A stretch of DNA of 17,069 bases. Origin: Candidatus Geocrenenecus arthurdayi. GTDB taxonomy: Archaea > Thermoproteota > Nitrososphaeria_A > Caldarchaeales > Wolframiiraptoraceae. Positions 1 through 8,313 of the stretch are shown one piece after another. The stretch is taken from positions 1 to 17,069 of the forward strand of contig JAKCEX010000029.1 in assembly GCA_023539395.1 (NCBI GenBank), given 5' to 3'. How positions within the stretch are numbered: the first letter of the stretch is position 1; the number at the start of each line of letters is the position of its first letter. Made by a program: the position numbers and the translations under genes. The notes beneath the pieces were generated by a model, which was given only the letters and a program-made list of their open reading frames with translations, made no database searches and was not told the DNA's origin.

Positions 1-88
1 CTATACCAGTATCTATTGGATGTCTAGAATCTACAACATCCACTAAACCAACATATACACCAATCAATACTAAGAATCCACCAAACAC
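1..88 (-). CDS. Possible 5' end of a membrane-protein gene running off the left window edge (partial)
   Basis: The minus-strand frame is open from an in-frame TAA (104-106) to position 1. The first start-like codon is GTG at 88-86. It encodes the hydrophobic stretch (M)FGGFLVLIGVYVGLVDVVDSRHPIDTGI. A TATA-like 'tataaag' lies on the minus strand at 119-125. Only 29 codons are visible, so this is weak. Confidence 0.25.
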   Translation of the reverse strand, partial: MFGGFLVLIGVYVGLVDVVDSRHPIDTGI

Positions 89-592
89 GATATACGCATA
101 CTCTTAGATGGATAAATTCTTTATACCCTTGCCTGAAAGTGGAGTATACGAACTATCAAATAGACTATGATAGTGCTGGAGATATAAATGTGAGCTGGAG
201 GATTCTATCGAGTATTATAGCTAGACATCAATAGATGAATACTCCACTTTAAACAAGTATTTAGAAGAAGTGGGACCGTAGATGAGGTTAAGGAAGAACC
301 TATAGAACAGTTTAGTACTGAGTCTCCAGAACATGCCTCACAGCCATATGGATGCGAGTACTGTGGCTTGAAGGATAGGGAGAGATAAACCCTACATTGA
401 GGTTCAATCTTTCTACATGTTAAGGATAGGGGCTTAAGGCTCTAGCAGTTATAGACTATGTGTATAGTAAGTGTAGTGAGGGTCTAAGGGATAATATAAG
501 TATTGTCCTCCCAGGAAGAGCCAATAGATGGACCCCATTCTTATATTTAACCAACCTTATAAACTGCTCATCTTAGAGATAATGTTGAGAGT

Positions 593-1792
593 ATGCCACC
601 TGTTAGTTTATTCGTGACCCCGCTTGGCGTTATCTCTATAGGGGATGATGGAAAAATAATTGCTCATAGAATCTTTAAAGATATAGATGATGCTGTCTCA
701 AAATACTCTAGGACTATTAAAGGGGAAATGATAGAAGATGTAAGAGAGATCATTGATGAGCTTTCTTCTAAGGGTTTCAGAGAATTCTCAATTGATCCTC
801 CACAAATAATTAGCAGTCTTTCATTAAATTATCCTGAATACAAGTTTTCAGAATCATCGGCCCCCATCGATATTGAGAGCTTACTAGTTGATAATGGTCT
901 AGTTGGAAGCATCGAAGAGTATAGGGATAGATTGAGGAAGGTAACTGATGCTGTCTTAACGATCCAATTAAAGGAGGCTGTAGCTAGGAGAGACATGATG
1001 ATAGTATATGCAGTTCACGTCTTAGAAGATTTAGATAAGCAGATAAACATGTTCTATACTAGGTGTAGAGAATGGTATAGTCTACATTTTCCAGAGCTTG
1101 CAGATGTATTAGAAGAGCCTGAAGAATACATGAAGATAGTAGCTGAAATCGGAGCTAGGAGTAAATTCAGCCTAGAGAGTTTATCAAGACTAGTCGGGGA
1201 GAAGAAAGCTAAAGCAATAATGGAGAAGGCTTCAAAATCTATTGGAGCAGAAATAAGCCCTGAAGATGAAGAACAGCTCAAGAGGGTTGCAAGAGAAGGT
1301 CTCAAACTGGTAGAAATGAAACATCAACAAGAAGCATATATCAGAGAGCTTATGAATTCTGAGGCACCAAACCTCTCCGCAGTAGCTGGCGCAATACTAG
1401 GAGCTAAACTCATATCACTTGCAGGAGGACTAGAAAAACTCGCTAAACTCCCAGCCAGCACAATCCAAGTTCTTGGAGCAGAAAAAGCTCTATTCAGATT
1501 CTTCAGGACAGGTAAAGGCGCTCCAAAACATGGAGTTATCTTTCAGCATCCATATATTCATGGCTCTCCTAAGTGGCAGAGAGGTAAGATTGCGAGGCTT
1601 CTAGCTACAAAGATAGCTATTGCTGCTAGGATTGATTACTTCTCTAGGGAAGATAGGAGTGCAGAGTTGAGGAAGACCCTAGAAGAGAGACTAGCTGAGA
1701 TCAAGAAGAAGTATGCTCAACCACCTGCTAAGAAGATTAAACCTATGGCTAAACCAGTGAGGAAAGCTAGAGAAGGAAAGAAACGTAAATGA
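593..1792 (+). CDS. nop5: Nop5 (Nop56/58 homologue), box C/D sRNP core protein
   Basis: 399-aa ORF with an ATG start. It carries the conserved Nop-domain block AGAILGAKLISLAGGLEKLAKLPASTIQVLGAEKALFRFFRTGKGAPKHGVIFQHPYI. It has a central coiled-coil-like region and a lysine-rich C-terminal tail (KKKYAQPPAKKIKP...GKKRK). It lies directly upstream of fibrillarin, as is typical in archaea. Confidence 0.95.
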   Translation: MPPVSLFVTPLGVISIGDDGKIIAHRIFKDIDDAVSKYSRTIKGEMIEDVREIIDELSSKGFREFSIDPPQIISSLSLNYPEYKFSESSAPIDIESLLVDNGLVGSIEEYRDRLRKVTDAVLTIQLKEAVARRDMMIVYAVHVLEDLDKQINMFYTRCREWYSLHFPELADVLEEPEEYMKIVAEIGARSKFSLESLSRLVGEKKAKAIMEKASKSIGAEISPEDEEQLKRVAREGLKLVEMKHQQEAYIRELMNSEAPNLSAVAGAILGAKLISLAGGLEKLAKLPASTIQVLGAEKALFRFFRTGKGAPKHGVIFQHPYIHGSPKWQRGKIARLLATKIAIAARIDYFSREDRSAELRKTLEERLAEIKKKYAQPPAKKIKPMAKPVRKAREGKKRK

Positions 1793-1871
1793 GACTCTGA
1801 ATAGAAGGCAAGATTAGTAGAGGTAACGTCAAACTTTTTATCTTGATTCTGAGAGTATCTAGCTGGTAGAG

Positions 1872-2561
1872 ATGGTAGTTGTTAAACCTCATGAGAAATT
1901 CTATGGAGTTTATTGGGTTATAACTGATGAAGGAGAAAAAATACTTGCAACAAAGAATCTTGCTCCTGGAGTTCAAGTCTATGGAGAGAGATTATTCAAA
2001 GTTGGTGGAGAAGAGTATAGAGCGTGGAGCCCATACCGTAGTAAGCTTTCTGCAGCTATATGGAATAAGATTAAGCAGATATATGTTACAGAGGGCTTCA
2101 GAGTCCTTTACTTAGGATGCGCAACTGGGACTACTGCAAGCCATGTCTCCGACATTATAGGTAGTGGGGGGATACTTTATGGTGTAGATTTTGCTCCAAG
2201 AGTTATGATACAGTTTAAGCAGAATGTTGTCCAACATAGAAAAAATGTTATCCCGATCTTTGCAGATGCACGTAAACCTAAAGAATATGCACATATAGTT
2301 GGGAAAGTCGATTTAATATACTGTGATGTCGCTCAACCAGAACAAGCAAAGATTCTTGTTGATAACGCTATCTTAACACTGAAAAATGGAGGTCACGGAA
2401 TGATAGCTATAAAAGCTAGAAGTATTGATAGTGTTGAGGAGCCTGAGCTAGTCTATAAGAGAGAGATAAGAATACTTGAAGAAAACTCATTCAAGATACT
2501 CGAAGTAGTTAATCTCGAACCATATGAGAAAGACCACGTTATGATAAGTGTACAATATTAG
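1872..2561 (+). CDS. flpA: Fibrillarin-like rRNA/tRNA 2'-O-methyltransferase
   Basis: 229-aa ORF. SAM-binding motif VLYLGCATGTTASHVSDI, then LYGVDFAPR, FADARKP and DVAQPEQA blocks characteristic of archaeal fibrillarin. It lies 79 nt downstream of nop5. Confidence 0.96.
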   Translation: MVVVKPHEKFYGVYWVITDEGEKILATKNLAPGVQVYGERLFKVGGEEYRAWSPYRSKLSAAIWNKIKQIYVTEGFRVLYLGCATGTTASHVSDIIGSGGILYGVDFAPRVMIQFKQNVVQHRKNVIPIFADARKPKEYAHIVGKVDLIYCDVAQPEQAKILVDNAILTLKNGGHGMIAIKARSIDSVEEPELVYKREIRILEENSFKILEVVNLEPYEKDHVMISVQY

Positions 2562-2747
2562 AGCTACCAAAAAATAAGGAGAAGTAACTTGTAACCTAAA
2601 TAACGCTTTATTCTTTGGCTCCGTAGTAACAGTATCGGTAAGCTTCCTATGTGATGGTTCCTACTACACCTCTCTTAATGTCCATGTACTATTAACTGTA
2701 GAAATATTAAGAAGTGGATATTAGGTTGCGATGCTTCATGAATTCTT

Positions 2748-4430
2748 CTACTTAGACTGTAGGTATTTGTGGATTGATTCAGCAGCTTTCTTACCATCTG
2801 CAAATGCTTCTATAGCAGTCGCAGGCCCTCTTACAGCATCTCCACCTGCAAATACACCTAGTCTAGTCGTAGCCATATTCTCATCTACCTTGATTGTACC
2901 CCATTTTGTTAATTCTATACCATCTTCAGGTTTGATAAAATCTAGCTCTGGGTCTTGCCCAATAGCAAGTATTACGTAGTCTACTTCTTCTATGAATTCT
3001 GATCCTGGTATAGGTTCTGGTCTCCTCCTACCATCTGGTCCAGGCTCACCAAGCTTCATTCTTATACACTTCATCTTCTTTACTACTCCATCCTCTCCTA
3101 TGAATTCTATTGGTGTAGCAAGGAATACTATCTCAACCCCTTCTTCTTCCGTATCATCTACCTGTTCAGGGTCTGCAGGCATCTCTTCTCTACTCCTCCT
3201 ATACATTATCTTTACTTGTGAAGCACCTAACCTTAACGATGTTCTAGCTGCATCCATTGCTACGTCTCCTCCACCGATTACCCAGACTTTCCCAGAGATC
3301 TTCTTAACCTCTCCATTCTTCACTTTGTATAAGAATGGTAAAGCTTGAATGACTCCTTGAAGATTCTCTCCTGGGATACCCATTTTCTTAGGTTTGTTGG
3401 CTCCAACGCCGATAAATACTGCATCATATTCTCTTGCTAGGTCGGATATTGTTATATCTCTACCTACTTTCTTCCCAAGCTCAAATCTTACACCTAACTT
3501 CTTCAGGATGCTAACTTCATCTTCCACAATATGTGAGGGGAGCCTAAACTCTGGAATGGAAAGCCTAAGCATTCCACCAATCTTGTCAGCTGCATCATAG
3601 ACTGTTACTGAGTAACCGTTCAACGCTAAATGATACGCTGCATTTAATCCTGCTGGGCCCGACCCTACTATAGCTACTCTCTTACCCGTTGATGGCTTAA
3701 GCGCAAGCTGGATGCTACTCTTATCAGCGTAATCTGCAATAACTCTATGCGAGTACCTTATAGCAAGAGGCTCCATACCTATCTCGTTCATAATACATGC
3801 ATTTTCACAGAATCTCACGCATATCCTACCGGTTGTTCCAAGGCAGGGGTAGTAAGAGAGGGATAGTTTGTAGGCTGCATCGATCTTGCCTTGAGCGATC
3901 AATCTGAACGCAGCGGGGATACCGAAGTGTATTGGGCATGCTTCAACACATCTAGGATTCTTGCACGTTAGACACCTCTGAGCTTCTCTAATGCCCTCAT
4001 CTAAGGTGTAGCCCCTCCTAACTTCTTGGAAGCCAGTCTTTCTAACCTGAGGTGGGAGAGCACTCATAGGCGTTCTTGGATTGAACTTGCTAGCTATAGG
4101 GTTCCCAGATTCTTCAAGCAGCTGCCTCAATGCGTATACTATCTTCTTCCTCTTATCTCTCGATTGCTCTCTCTCTACTAGTAGTCTCACGAATGCTTCA
4201 AGAATCCTATCATCCATCATCTTCAGGTCTTGGTCCAGCTTAAAACCAGCTTCTTTCAGTATACTTGAGACAAGATCATATTCTTGAAGAGTAAGTAGAT
4301 TTCCAAGCTTGGAGATCTGAGCCAAGATAGGAGACCTCCTCGGCGGTAAGTAGTTTGCTAACCTATAATTTGAGTCTATTCCATATATGCCTGCTAATGA
4401 ATTAAGGATATAGCTAAATAATAGCTTCAA
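2748..4430 (-). CDS. GltD/SudA-like NAD(P)H-dependent FAD Fe-S oxidoreductase (glutamate synthase small-subunit family) with an N-terminal extension
   Basis: Cys-rich Fe-S region (CLTCKNPRCVEACP ... GRICVRFCENAC). FAD dinucleotide fold VAIVGSGPAGLNAAYHLALNGYSVTVYDAADKIGG. Second Rossmann motif VWVIGGGDVAMDAARTSLRLGA. C-terminal GVFAGGDAVRGPAT. The family-homologous part begins near residue 120. The maximal ORF starts at a TTG (4430). In-frame ATGs lie at 4220, 4217 and 4067, so the 5' end is uncertain. Confidence 0.85.
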   Translation of the reverse strand: MKLLFSYILNSLAGIYGIDSNYRLANYLPPRRSPILAQISKLGNLLTLQEYDLVSSILKEAGFKLDQDLKMMDDRILEAFVRLLVEREQSRDKRKKIVYALRQLLEESGNPIASKFNPRTPMSALPPQVRKTGFQEVRRGYTLDEGIREAQRCLTCKNPRCVEACPIHFGIPAAFRLIAQGKIDAAYKLSLSYYPCLGTTGRICVRFCENACIMNEIGMEPLAIRYSHRVIADYADKSSIQLALKPSTGKRVAIVGSGPAGLNAAYHLALNGYSVTVYDAADKIGGMLRLSIPEFRLPSHIVEDEVSILKKLGVRFELGKKVGRDITISDLAREYDAVFIGVGANKPKKMGIPGENLQGVIQALPFLYKVKNGEVKKISGKVWVIGGGDVAMDAARTSLRLGASQVKIMYRRSREEMPADPEQVDDTEEEGVEIVFLATPIEFIGEDGVVKKMKCIRMKLGEPGPDGRRRPEPIPGSEFIEEVDYVILAIGQDPELDFIKPEDGIELTKWGTIKVDENMATTRLGVFAGGDAVRGPATAIEAFADGKKAAESIHKYLQSK

Positions 4431-4460
4431 CTTAGAGTTTCATTGAATAGGGAAAAAAGG

Positions 4461-4489
4461 ATATATTTTGTTAGAAAATTGTATTAAAG
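4461..4489. promoter_or_regulatory. Divergent promoter region with two TATA-like boxes (gltD-like gene and rpoE')
   Basis: 'atatatttt' (4461-4469) lies 31-39 nt from the minus-strand TTG at 4430. 'gtattaaag' (4481-4489) lies about 20-27 nt upstream of the rpoE' ATG at 4508. Called from AT-rich box shape and spacing only. Confidence 0.3.
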
Positions 4490-4507
4490 GATCTTGAGTG
4501 TTGGGAA

Positions 4508-5080
4508 ATGTTCACACTTATTGAGTTGGAAGAGGTTATAGGCATACCACCTAGAGATTTTACTAAACCTCTTAGAGAAGCTGCTATTGATAGGCTTAGA
4601 AACTTGTATGAGGGGACTGTTATGGAAGATGTAGGATATGTTGTAATGGTAATCGATGTAGATGTGGAGCCCGTTGGGATTCTCCTCCCACGAGATGGCT
4701 CAGTCTATCATAAAGCTAGAGCAAGATTACTCGTCTTTTCTCCTAGGATACAAGAAGTAGGTGAGGGAGAAATAGTTGAGATTACAGAGTTTGGTGCATT
4801 CATTAGAGTTGGACCAATGGATGCACTACTACACATCTCTCAGATCATGGATGACTACTTATCTTATGATGAGAGGCATTCTGTACTGCTAGGAAAGAAG
4901 ACTGGGAAGAAGCTAGAAGTAGGAGATGATGTTAGGTTTAGAATAGTTGCAGTCTCTATATCTCCAGGTAAATCTGGAAAGATTAGTGTTACGACACGTC
5001 AGCCATACCTTGGTAAGATTCAATGGATTAAGGAAAGTTTGGAACAAATGAAACCAAAAACTATAGTAGAGGAAGGGTAG
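4508..5080 (+). CDS. rpoE: DNA-directed RNA polymerase subunit E' (Rpo7) with S1 domain
   Basis: 190-aa ORF. The N-terminal Rpb7-like region (MFTLIELEEVIGIPPRDF...YEGTV) is followed by an S1 fold (GEGEIVEITEFGAFIRVGPMDALLHISQIMDDY). It lies immediately upstream of spt4, the canonical archaeal arrangement. Confidence 0.92.
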   Translation: MFTLIELEEVIGIPPRDFTKPLREAAIDRLRNLYEGTVMEDVGYVVMVIDVDVEPVGILLPRDGSVYHKARARLLVFSPRIQEVGEGEIVEITEFGAFIRVGPMDALLHISQIMDDYLSYDERHSVLLGKKTGKKLEVGDDVRFRIVAVSISPGKSGKISVTTRQPYLGKIQWIKESLEQMKPKTIVEEG

Positions 5081-5084
5081 AAAG

Positions 5085-5276
5085 ATGCCTGGGTCTAAAG
5101 AGAAAGCATGCATGAACTGTAGGAGGATAACTACTGGTAATGAATGTGATAACTGTGGGTCAACAAACTTAACAACAAACTATTCAGGGCTGATTATAAT
5201 TATAGATCCTGAGAAGTCAGAGATTGCAAGAGAACTTGGATTAAAGAAGCCTGGAGCATACGCTACTAAGACATAG
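5085..5276 (+). CDS. spt4: Transcription elongation factor Spt4 (RpoE'') zinc-ribbon protein
   Basis: 63-aa ORF starting 4 nt after the rpoE' stop. It has a four-Cys zinc ribbon (CMNCRR...CDNCGS). The C-terminal block GLIIIIDPEKSEIARELGLKKPGAYA matches the archaeal Spt4 pattern. Confidence 0.85.
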   Translation: MPGSKEKACMNCRRITTGNECDNCGSTNLTTNYSGLIIIIDPEKSEIARELGLKKPGAYATKT

Positions 5277-5357
5277 AGCCTTACAGTGGAACTTAATCAT
5301 TCTATACGTTAGTTAAAGATTTTAAGCTTTAATCTTCCTCACGTACTATATAATGTT

Positions 5358-5900
5358 ATGAATATCGTCCTTTGGCCTCCACGCTCTAAGATAATTTTTA
5401 CGGAAGAGATGAAGGAAAGGTTAAGGAAGCCTATTGGAGAACTAATCACGGGCAGGGACCCCGATGAAGTAACTGAAAGATTAAAAAAGATAATTGAAGA
5501 GATAAAGCCACCCTTAGTTATCGCTGTTGGAGATTACATCTCAAGTAAACTACACCAGCATAATGTAAAAGTCGATATATACATTATTGATGGAAAGATC
5601 GAGAGGATAGAAAAACCCATAGAACTAGCTAATCTAGAAAATATCGTTGAGTCGATTAATGAAGCAGGAACGATATCGCCTTCATCCTCTGAGAAGCTAC
5701 ATGAATTAATACATTCCCCTGAAGCCTGGCCAATAGTATTGAAGATAAACGGCGAAGAAGACTTGCTAGCTCTATCAGCTATATTATCTTCTCCAGATAA
5801 TGCAGTAGTAGTTTATGGGCAGCCGAAGGAAGGGGCTGTACTAGTGAGGGTAGATGAATCTATCAGGAGGAAGATGGTTAACATATTAGGTGAAGTTTAG
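5358..5900 (+). CDS. DUF359/UPF0218 family protein (GTP-dependent dephospho-CoA kinase family)
   Basis: 180-aa ORF with family-typical blocks: LRKPIGELI, AVGDYIS, IIDGKIER, NGEEDLLALSAIL, VVVYGQPKEGAVLVRV. It sits downstream of rpoE'-spt4, a conserved archaeal neighbourhood. Confidence 0.78.
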   Translation: MNIVLWPPRSKIIFTEEMKERLRKPIGELITGRDPDEVTERLKKIIEEIKPPLVIAVGDYISSKLHQHNVKVDIYIIDGKIERIEKPIELANLENIVESINEAGTISPSSSEKLHELIHSPEAWPIVLKINGEEDLLALSAILSSPDNAVVVYGQPKEGAVLVRVDESIRRKMVNILGEV

Positions 5901-5946
5901 ATTCACTATTAAGATTGTCGAGGTAAGAGCTGTATGATAATCCTAT

Positions 5947-6729
5947 CTAAGATAAAACTATATCTAGTATGAGCATCACTATCAATCCGATTATCAAACT
6001 ATATGTTGAGGTTCTCTCTTCTCCTGACCTATGTGTCTCAGGGATGATCTCATCGCTTACCACGTAAATCATCGCTCCTGCTGCAAACCCCATTGCATAA
6101 GGTATGATGTTTGTGAATATAGATGTAAGATATGCTCCGAGTAGAGCGAGAGGGGGTTCAACAAATCCCGATGCAACTGATATAATGTACGCTCTCCCCC
6201 TACTATATTCTCTTGTAGCGAGAAGTGAGAATCCTACAGATAACCCCTCAGGGATATTCTGTAAACCTATTGCAAGCATAATCGATATTCCAGTAATAAG
6301 GTCTCCTGAACCGAAGCCTATTCCTACCGCTAAACCTTCAGGTATATTATGGATAGTTATAGCGATTACGAAAAGCCATATAGCTTTAAGCTTACTAGAT
6401 GTTCTCCCCTCCTTGCCTTTAACAAAATGTAGATGAGGCATCAAGTAATCTATAGATGATATAACCACTGCTCCAATCATTATTCCAGATGCTACTGCTA
6501 GTATACCTCCATACTCTATACCTGGAAGAATTAAGCTGGTAAAGCTTGCTGCTAGCATAACTCCTGCTGCGAATCCAAGTCCAGCTTCAATCAATACTTT
6601 TGGATATGATTTGAGGAAGAGCGTAGGTGTAGCTCCTAGAAGATTCAGTATTGCTCCTATTGTTCCACCAATTAATCCCATTAAAACATTGTTTCCACCA
6701 GTGATCCACGTAAGTAGTTCAGAAATCAT
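5947..6729 (-). CDS. ZIP-family divalent metal (zinc/iron) transporter
   Basis: Polytopic membrane protein with the duplicated ZIP signature HNIPEGLAVG / QNIPEGLSVG and a C-terminal DEIIPETH. The maximal ORF begins at a TTG (6753) that lies inside the TATA-like palindrome. I therefore prefer the ATG at 6729 (MISELLTWITGG...). Confidence 0.88.
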   Translation of the reverse strand: MISELLTWITGGNNVLMGLIGGTIGAILNLLGATPTLFLKSYPKVLIEAGLGFAAGVMLAASFTSLILPGIEYGGILAVASGIMIGAVVISSIDYLMPHLHFVKGKEGRTSSKLKAIWLFVIAITIHNIPEGLAVGIGFGSGDLITGISIMLAIGLQNIPEGLSVGFSLLATREYSRGRAYIISVASGFVEPPLALLGAYLTSIFTNIIPYAMGFAAGAMIYVVSDEIIPETHRSGEERTSTYSLIIGLIVMLILDIVLS

Positions 6730-6751
6730 CTTAAGCACAATCTGATATATC

Positions 6752-6767
6752 AATATTTAAAAATATT
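6752..6767 (-). promoter_or_regulatory. TATA-box-like element upstream of the ZIP transporter
   Basis: 'aatatttaaaaatatt' lies 23-38 nt upstream of the preferred ATG at 6729. This spacing fits a leaderless or short-leader archaeal promoter. It also forms 7-bp inverted arms (aatattt/aaatatt). Confidence 0.4.
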
Positions 6768-6781
6768 CTAGTTAATTATCT

Positions 6782-7330
6782 TCATGTAATTTGTTTATCT
6801 AATGTTGTTGTATATTTTCCACTTCCTAGATACAGTAGTATCTTGGCTTTGGATATATTGTATGTGTCTCCTTCTATTGCTTCTTCTCTAACGTATGCTT
6901 TCTCAACCTTCCCTATTATCAATTCATGGTCTCCTGCAGGGTACTCACTATATAGAGTACATTCTAGCACAGTTAATGCTTCAGCAATATATGGAGACTT
7001 AACCATCTTCGACCTAGCTAATGTGAGCCTAGATTTCTCAAACTTATCCATGCTTCTCCCAGAGTATCTTCCAAAAAGTTCTGATTCATTAACCATGCTG
7101 GCATCAAGGACATTTACAGTGAAGTCTCTAGACTGCTTAATCAACTCGTACGTATATCTCTTCGGAGAGATTGCAACAGCTATTAATGGAGGATCTCTAG
7201 AAGTAGGTGTAAGCCATGCAGCAGACATGCCATTAGGCTTCCCAGAAGAATCAATAGAAACAATTATAGCTACGGGTTTAGGTTGCAGAAGATAAGCAAA
7301 AGAACGAGGCTTAACTTCTATTAAACCCAT
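6782..7330 (-). CDS. Flavin reductase-like domain protein (FMN-binding split barrel)
   Basis: 182-aa ORF with the typical Flavin_Reduct pattern: PVAIIVS..GKPNGMSAAWLTPTSRDPPLIAVAISPKRYTYELIKQSRDFTVNVL, later GDHELIIGKV. Confidence 0.8.
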   Translation of the reverse strand: MGLIEVKPRSFAYLLQPKPVAIIVSIDSSGKPNGMSAAWLTPTSRDPPLIAVAISPKRYTYELIKQSRDFTVNVLDASMVNESELFGRYSGRSMDKFEKSRLTLARSKMVKSPYIAEALTVLECTLYSEYPAGDHELIIGKVEKAYVREEAIEGDTYNISKAKILLYLGSGKYTTTLDKQIT

Positions 7331-7422
7331 TCAAACAACACCTATAGATTATCATGGTAAACTAGTTCTATAATATTTCCTTGAGATACCTAGAACCTTA
7401 GAATACCATATAATTATATAGC

Positions 7423-7926
7423 ATGATTGAAGTAATCATATTGGAGCATCTAGAGATGCAGGAGATTAAAGATGAGCAGAAGACAGTTACCGTCATGATC
7501 CTACCTGTTACGGTAGATGATTTAGATGAGATCTATAAAATTGAGCTAGAATGTTTTGGAGGAGATGCTTACCCTAGGTTTATCTTCAACTATTTGCTAA
7601 GTAATCCTAACTCTATCTTCTTGAAAGCTTTAAAAGAAGACCAGGTTGCGGGTTTTATCGCTGGGGTATGCCGTACCGATACGTGTACTATCTATACTCT
7701 TAATGTTAAGAAAGATTTCAGAAGGAAAGGTGTAGGGTCTATTCTTCTAGAAGCTTTCGAGAAAGAAGCATTAAAGAGAAATGTAAGAAAGATAGTATTG
7801 CAAGTTGAAGTAACAAACACAGCTGCTCTCAATCTATATCTTAAGAAGGGATACCAGATCAGTAGATTACTGAAGGATTACTATGGTTGGAGGAGAGATG
7901 CTTATGAAGCATTTAAAATACTGTAA
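7423..7926 (+). CDS. rimI: GNAT-family N-acetyltransferase (RimI/Ard1-like)
   Basis: Acetyl-CoA-binding motif RRKGVGSILL, VLQVEVTNTAALNLYLKKGYQ, and an N-terminal D..EIYKIELECF block. The start is uncertain. In-frame ATGs at 7456 and 7495 (MILPVTVDDL...) would give a more typical RimI length. Confidence 0.82.
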   Translation: MIEVIILEHLEMQEIKDEQKTVTVMILPVTVDDLDEIYKIELECFGGDAYPRFIFNYLLSNPNSIFLKALKEDQVAGFIAGVCRTDTCTIYTLNVKKDFRRKGVGSILLEAFEKEALKRNVRKIVLQVEVTNTAALNLYLKKGYQISRLLKDYYGWRRDAYEAFKIL

Positions 7927-7962
7927 AGAGATAAATCTCCGATTTTAAAAGTAATTTATAGA

Positions 7963-8313
7963 ATGGTTTTAAGGATAGATGATTATGGGTTCGGCTACAT
8001 AGTCGTAGATGGCGTAACATATAGTAGAGATTTAATAATACTCCCAGATAGGCTGATAACTAATTGGTGGAGGAAAGAAGGTCATAGGATAGATTTAGAC
8101 GACCTAGGAGATGTATTAAACGTAGATTTAGAATACCTAGTAATAGGTACTGGTTATTTTGGTAGAGTTCATGTCTCTGATGAAGTACTTAAAGAATTAG
8201 AGAAAAGGAGGGTGAAGCTAATCATAACTGATTCTAGAAATGCTTGGAGAAAGTATAATGAGCTGGTAGATATGGGTGTAAAAGTAGGTGGAGCATTTCA
8301 TTTAACGTGCTAG
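7963..8313 (+). CDS. Mth938-domain protein (DUF498 family), function unknown
   Basis: 116-aa ORF matching the family pattern: IDDYGFGYIVVDGVTYSRDLIILPDR...W, LEYLVIGTGYFGRV, VKLIITDSRNAWRKYNEL, GGAFHLTC. Confidence 0.7.
   Translation: MVLRIDDYGFGYIVVDGVTYSRDLIILPDRLITNWWRKEGHRIDLDDLGDVLNVDLEYLVIGTGYFGRVHVSDEVLKELEKRRVKLIITDSRNAWRKYNELVDMGVKVGGAFHLTC

Noticed and set aside
1793-1853. Two CUGA motifs in the nop5-fibrillarin spacer
   Set aside because: No RUGAUGA box lies at the required 12-nt distance. The nearest AUGAGA is only 2 nt from the first CUGA.
1767-2294. Three small ORFs (1767-1976 minus, 1927-2115 plus, 2112-2294 minus) around the fibrillarin gene
   Set aside because: All three overlap the nop5 3' end or fibrillarin, in other frames or on the other strand. 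They have no motifs, and fibrillarin's identity is clear.
2609-2680. tRNA-like beginning 'ggctccgtagt' plus a gtagta/tactac inverted repeat and a GUGAUGG box in the convergent spacer after fibrillarin
   Set aside because: There is no matching 3' acceptor strand (cggagcc), no T-loop GGTTCRA consensus, no CUGA D box, and GC content is low. This is not a tRNA or a C/D sRNA. It is at most a weak hairpin near the transcript ends.
6752-6767. 7-bp-arm palindrome aatattt-aa-aaatatt, considered as a metal-regulator binding site for the ZIP gene
   Set aside because: It is composed only of A/T and coincides with the expected TATA-box position. Palindromy in such sequence is easily fortuitous.
6843-7295. 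150-aa plus-strand ORF
   Set aside because: It is antisense to the flavin-reductase-domain gene. It has no motifs and a shadow-frame composition. The same reasoning applies to 6104-6436, 14043-14420, 2731-2979, 2992-3348, 3394-3600, 4081-4287, 11286-11498, 11550-11801 and 12751-12954.
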